Origin: Bradymonadia bacterium | GTDB lineage: Bacteria > Myxococcota_A > Bradymonadia > UBA7976 > UBA1532 | Direction: 5' to 3' | DNA: 64,000 nucleotides | Assembly (NCBI GenBank): GCA_046290225.1 | Contig: JBKAGE010000035.1 | Span: 128,001-192,000 of the forward strand | Shown: positions 62,501 to 64,000 of the stretch, piece after piece | Position numbering within the stretch: position 1 is the stretch's first letter | Layout: every line of letters starts with the position of its first letter | Program-made: the position numbers and the translations under genes | The notes under the pieces: generated by a model | The model's input: the letters and a program-made list of their open reading frames with translations, nothing else | The model's database searches: none | Told to the model about the DNA's origin: nothing

Positions 62501-62634
62501 ACGGCAGCACGTGCGGCACCTTCTATGACAACGGCTGGTGGTTCCACAGCTGCTGGACCATCAACCCCATCTACGGGGATGGTCGACCTTACTGGGGCAG
62601 CTACTACAACTCCATCACCCTCTGGCTCCGCTGA
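59506..62634 (+). CDS. Array member 6: signal peptide - two tandem 161-aa novel domains - TSP3 - hexapeptide beta-helix - canonical FReD domain
   Basis: Duplicated NMPGG.AGPDLS.EG..QCYGW...YFIYK unit; conserved core; [36 protein letters not shown]; ends TLWLR. Confidence 0.88.
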   Translation: MTRRLVFLTSAFSLALAGAASAQTINNMPGGDAGPDLSGEGLIQCYGWHNNGVSPSPDLDAVRAACGDAVRITFAGYRHDGTFVRHDMSLQQSFVNYLGNGSLFFQQFDTSNNYSWHKDNNWLLLVDYNNAWSDPGRLWEPSFNGGTSATNGHVLSQLGNNAHDQHSHLGDRYFIYKGLSNSTARIDNMPGGYAGPDLSAEGRTQCYGWLNNGNTPPPDIAAIRTACGDAEGITFAGYRHDGTLVRHDMSLRQPFINYLGNGRLTFTDFDHSSQYSWEKSDNWILLTDYANGWSDPGRLWEPGINGQSGATGGHVLSQLGNNAHDQHSHTGDSYFIYKVVVDPDGDGINEGDNCPDVANADQADVDGDGVGDACDVCPADATNDEDGDGICQDVDNCPTVSNGDQADDNGDGYGDACVSPDAQIPETATLGNDIVIGPAAVIGTYARIGDGATVNGSVGNSVVVGAGSVVPAGATVENAVVIGANVGLGTGCTVGILANIGDNVTAGTNCAFGSKAEVGAGSTFGNNTSVGTLAIVGDGSSFADGTSLGNNSQVGASADLLAGSSIASNTRVGHTLSLGAGAIIESNTEIGDEAIIGANGIVRSYVTIGNSLAMGAGAEFASGAAAGDDATLGENTEVRGSLGNNVTLEDRVFIGNQSSVGDNTHMHHDTTLGIFATVESGCTIHDDSALYDGVTLGADSTVGERTTILFRANVGARASIGDDTIIDEQNTIGTDLTLGNNSRLWPRSTYGNNVNVGNNVLIRDTADIGDDVIIEDDVIIFPETSIGNESVIRQGVELGVATCADRVCGQVTIGACQEVNADMDPAALMDGDCVSGDAPENAGQDCGALLAEGVNVDGTYWIDPDGDGGIDPFQAYCDMTSAGGGWTLIVFNNTNNNSALWNQNWATYKAGFGNTANRDNGWIGNDKLHALTANGANDMQVRINDDLNTSSVYGNFNVENEANNYRMTVGAVISGPTYGNLAYHSGSMFSTYDRDNDSHGSTCGTFYDNGWWFHSCWTINPIYGDGRPYWGSYYNSITLWLR

Positions 62635-62675
62635 GACAACACACAACACCCTCCCTGTAAAAAAACCCCCTTCCT

Positions 62676-62700
62676 CATTCATCCCACACTCAGGTACACT
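62676..62700 (+). promoter_or_regulatory. Conserved upstream motif, class B, member 7
   Basis: CATTCATC-N9-GGTACACT; same as 43791-43815. Confidence 0.5.
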
Positions 62701-62735
62701 GTACGGGCCTTATTTACCCTTCCGGAGTATGTGTG

Positions 62736-64000
62736 ATGGGGTTCAAGCTGATTTCACTCGTAGCGGCCACGGGTGCCATGTGGTCCGTGAGCGCCCAGGC
62801 GCAGACGCCGACGAGCTGCGCGAGCATTCTGAACAATGGGCTGAGCAACGGCGACGGTGTGTACACCATCGACCCCGACGGAAACGGTGCCAACGCCCCC
62901 TTCAGCGTGTGGTGTGACATGACCACCGACGGCGGTGGCTGGACGGTCATCGCCAACAACGACAACGGTGACGTGGAGCCCAGCGGCTGTTGGGCCCGCA
63001 TCGGCAGCCACTCCACCTTCGTTTGCGGCAACATCTCTCAGGGTGAGGACTTCGTCGTTCCCGCATATGGCATGGTCTTCGACGAGCTCGTCTGGGCCAC
63101 CTACGACAACGACGACTTCTCCGACATCAGCGCATACCAGTACATGCTCTGGAACAACGACCAGACCATCCCCAACAACAACGGTCGCTGGTCGCTCAGT
63201 CCCAACAGCAACACTCAGAACCTCAACGGCTACGCTGCTCAGAGCAAGATCTACTGCAACTACAACGGCACCAGCAGCCTGCAGTCCGTGGGCAACGAGA
63301 TCCCCCAGGGGGGTGACTACGGCAACAACCCCGTCACCATCTTCGACGAGATCAACAACTTCGACAATCCCGGCCACATGAGCTTCACCGAGCATGACCA
63401 GCACGGCGGTGGCAGCAGCATGAACGGCCTCGACGACTTCCAGGACGGCCACGGCTGTGGTGACAACTGGCAGCCCAAGGCTGATCGCGGCAAGTCCAGC
63501 TACATCATGATCCGCGGTGAGGATCCTCAGGTGCTGGTGTTCGACGCTGACAGTGATGGGGTGAACGACGACGTCGACAACTGCCCCAACAATGCCAACG
63601 CTGATCAGGCCGATGGTGATGGCGACGGCAGTGGTGATGTCTGCGACGCCTGCCCTGCAGACGCCACGAACGATGCTGATGGTGATGGTGTCTGCCAGGA
63701 CGTGGACAACTGCCCCACTGTCGCCAACGCTGATCAGGCAGATGACAACGGCGACGGCTACGGTGACGCCTGTGTGAGCACCGCCGCCAACATCGACCCC
63801 ACAGCCACCCTGGGCAACGACATCATCATTGGCGCCGCAGCAAACGTCGGCTCTTACGCCCGCATCGCGGACGGGGCGACGGTGAACGGGTCCGTGGGCA
63901 ACAGTGTGGTGGTGGGCGCAGGCTCTGTGGTGCCCGCAGGTGCCACGGTGGAGAACGCCGTGGTCATCGGGGCCAACGTGGGCCTGGGCACCGGCTGTAC
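62736..64000 (+). CDS. Array member 7 (3'-truncated by window): signal peptide - fibrinogen-like N-domain - TSP3 - start of hexapeptide beta-helix
   Basis: Absent from the ORF track because it runs off the window. ATG 62736 follows GGAG and reads [49 protein letters not shown]...[12 protein letters not shown]...[14 protein letters not shown]...; paralog of member 2. Confidence 0.88.
   Translation, partial: MGFKLISLVAATGAMWSVSAQAQTPTSCASILNNGLSNGDGVYTIDPDGNGANAPFSVWCDMTTDGGGWTVIANNDNGDVEPSGCWARIGSHSTFVCGNISQGEDFVVPAYGMVFDELVWATYDNDDFSDISAYQYMLWNNDQTIPNNNGRWSLSPNSNTQNLNGYAAQSKIYCNYNGTSSLQSVGNEIPQGGDYGNNPVTIFDEINNFDNPGHMSFTEHDQHGGGSSMNGLDDFQDGHGCGDNWQPKADRGKSSYIMIRGEDPQVLVFDADSDGVNDDVDNCPNNANADQADGDGDGSGDVCDACPADATNDADGDGVCQDVDNCPTVANADQADDNGDGYGDACVSTAANIDPTATLGNDIIIGAAANVGSYARIADGATVNGSVGNSVVVGAGSVVPAGATVENAVVIGANVGLGTGC

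Noticed and set aside
40067..63452. Recurring minus-strand ORFs within the array (e.g. 40067..41293, 44460..45602, 56005..57495)
   Set aside because: They recur only because the plus-strand paralogs are repeated and codon-biased.
40103..64000. Diversity-generating retroelement targeting the Asn(AAC)-rich C-terminal domains
   Set aside because: No reverse transcriptase and no template repeat differing only at adenines is visible in the window. The tips differ wholesale. A remote DGR cannot be excluded.
40103..64000. Prophage tail-fibre cluster or polymorphic toxin locus
   Set aside because: No phage structural or integrase genes and no small immunity ORFs between members. The tips look lectin-like rather than enzymatic.
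1..64000. tRNA or rRNA genes
   Set aside because: None recognised by eye and intergenic spaces are short. A tRNAscan-SE/Infernal run would be needed to exclude them formally.

Overview
GC-rich bacterial window, most likely from a Myxococcota-type deltaproteobacterium (inferred from a MYXO-CTERM-like tail and Cys-/Gly-rich lipoproteins). The left ~40 kb holds housekeeping and signalling genes: a partial aminotransferase, an MCP with a C-terminal PilZ domain, an acyl-CoA ligase, aguB, a REC-GGDEF protein, a BCCT carrier with a fused binding protein, a glycosyltransferase and an NmrA/LysR pair. It also holds a 2,958-aa Hsp90/HtpG-like protein with about ten middle-domain-like repeats, an M6 metalloprotease, several Cys-rich lipoproteins and a 406-bp modular palindrome. 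A tnpB-only IS200/IS605 element sits exactly in what reconstructs as the ATGA stop/start overlap between the protease and the giant gene. The right ~24 kb (40103 to the window end) is a tandem array of at least seven paralogous secreted proteins, interrupted by a class II photolyase. All share a TSP3 + ~400-aa hexapeptide (left-handed beta-helix) stalk but carry interchangeable end domains: RCC1 propeller, fibrinogen-like, discoidin-like or a novel duplicated domain. They show patchwork DNA identity and two conserved upstream promoter-like motifs. This array is the best candidate for an undescribed system, a diversified two-headed adhesin/lectin fibre family. All family assignments come from motif recognition by eye; no database searches were run.
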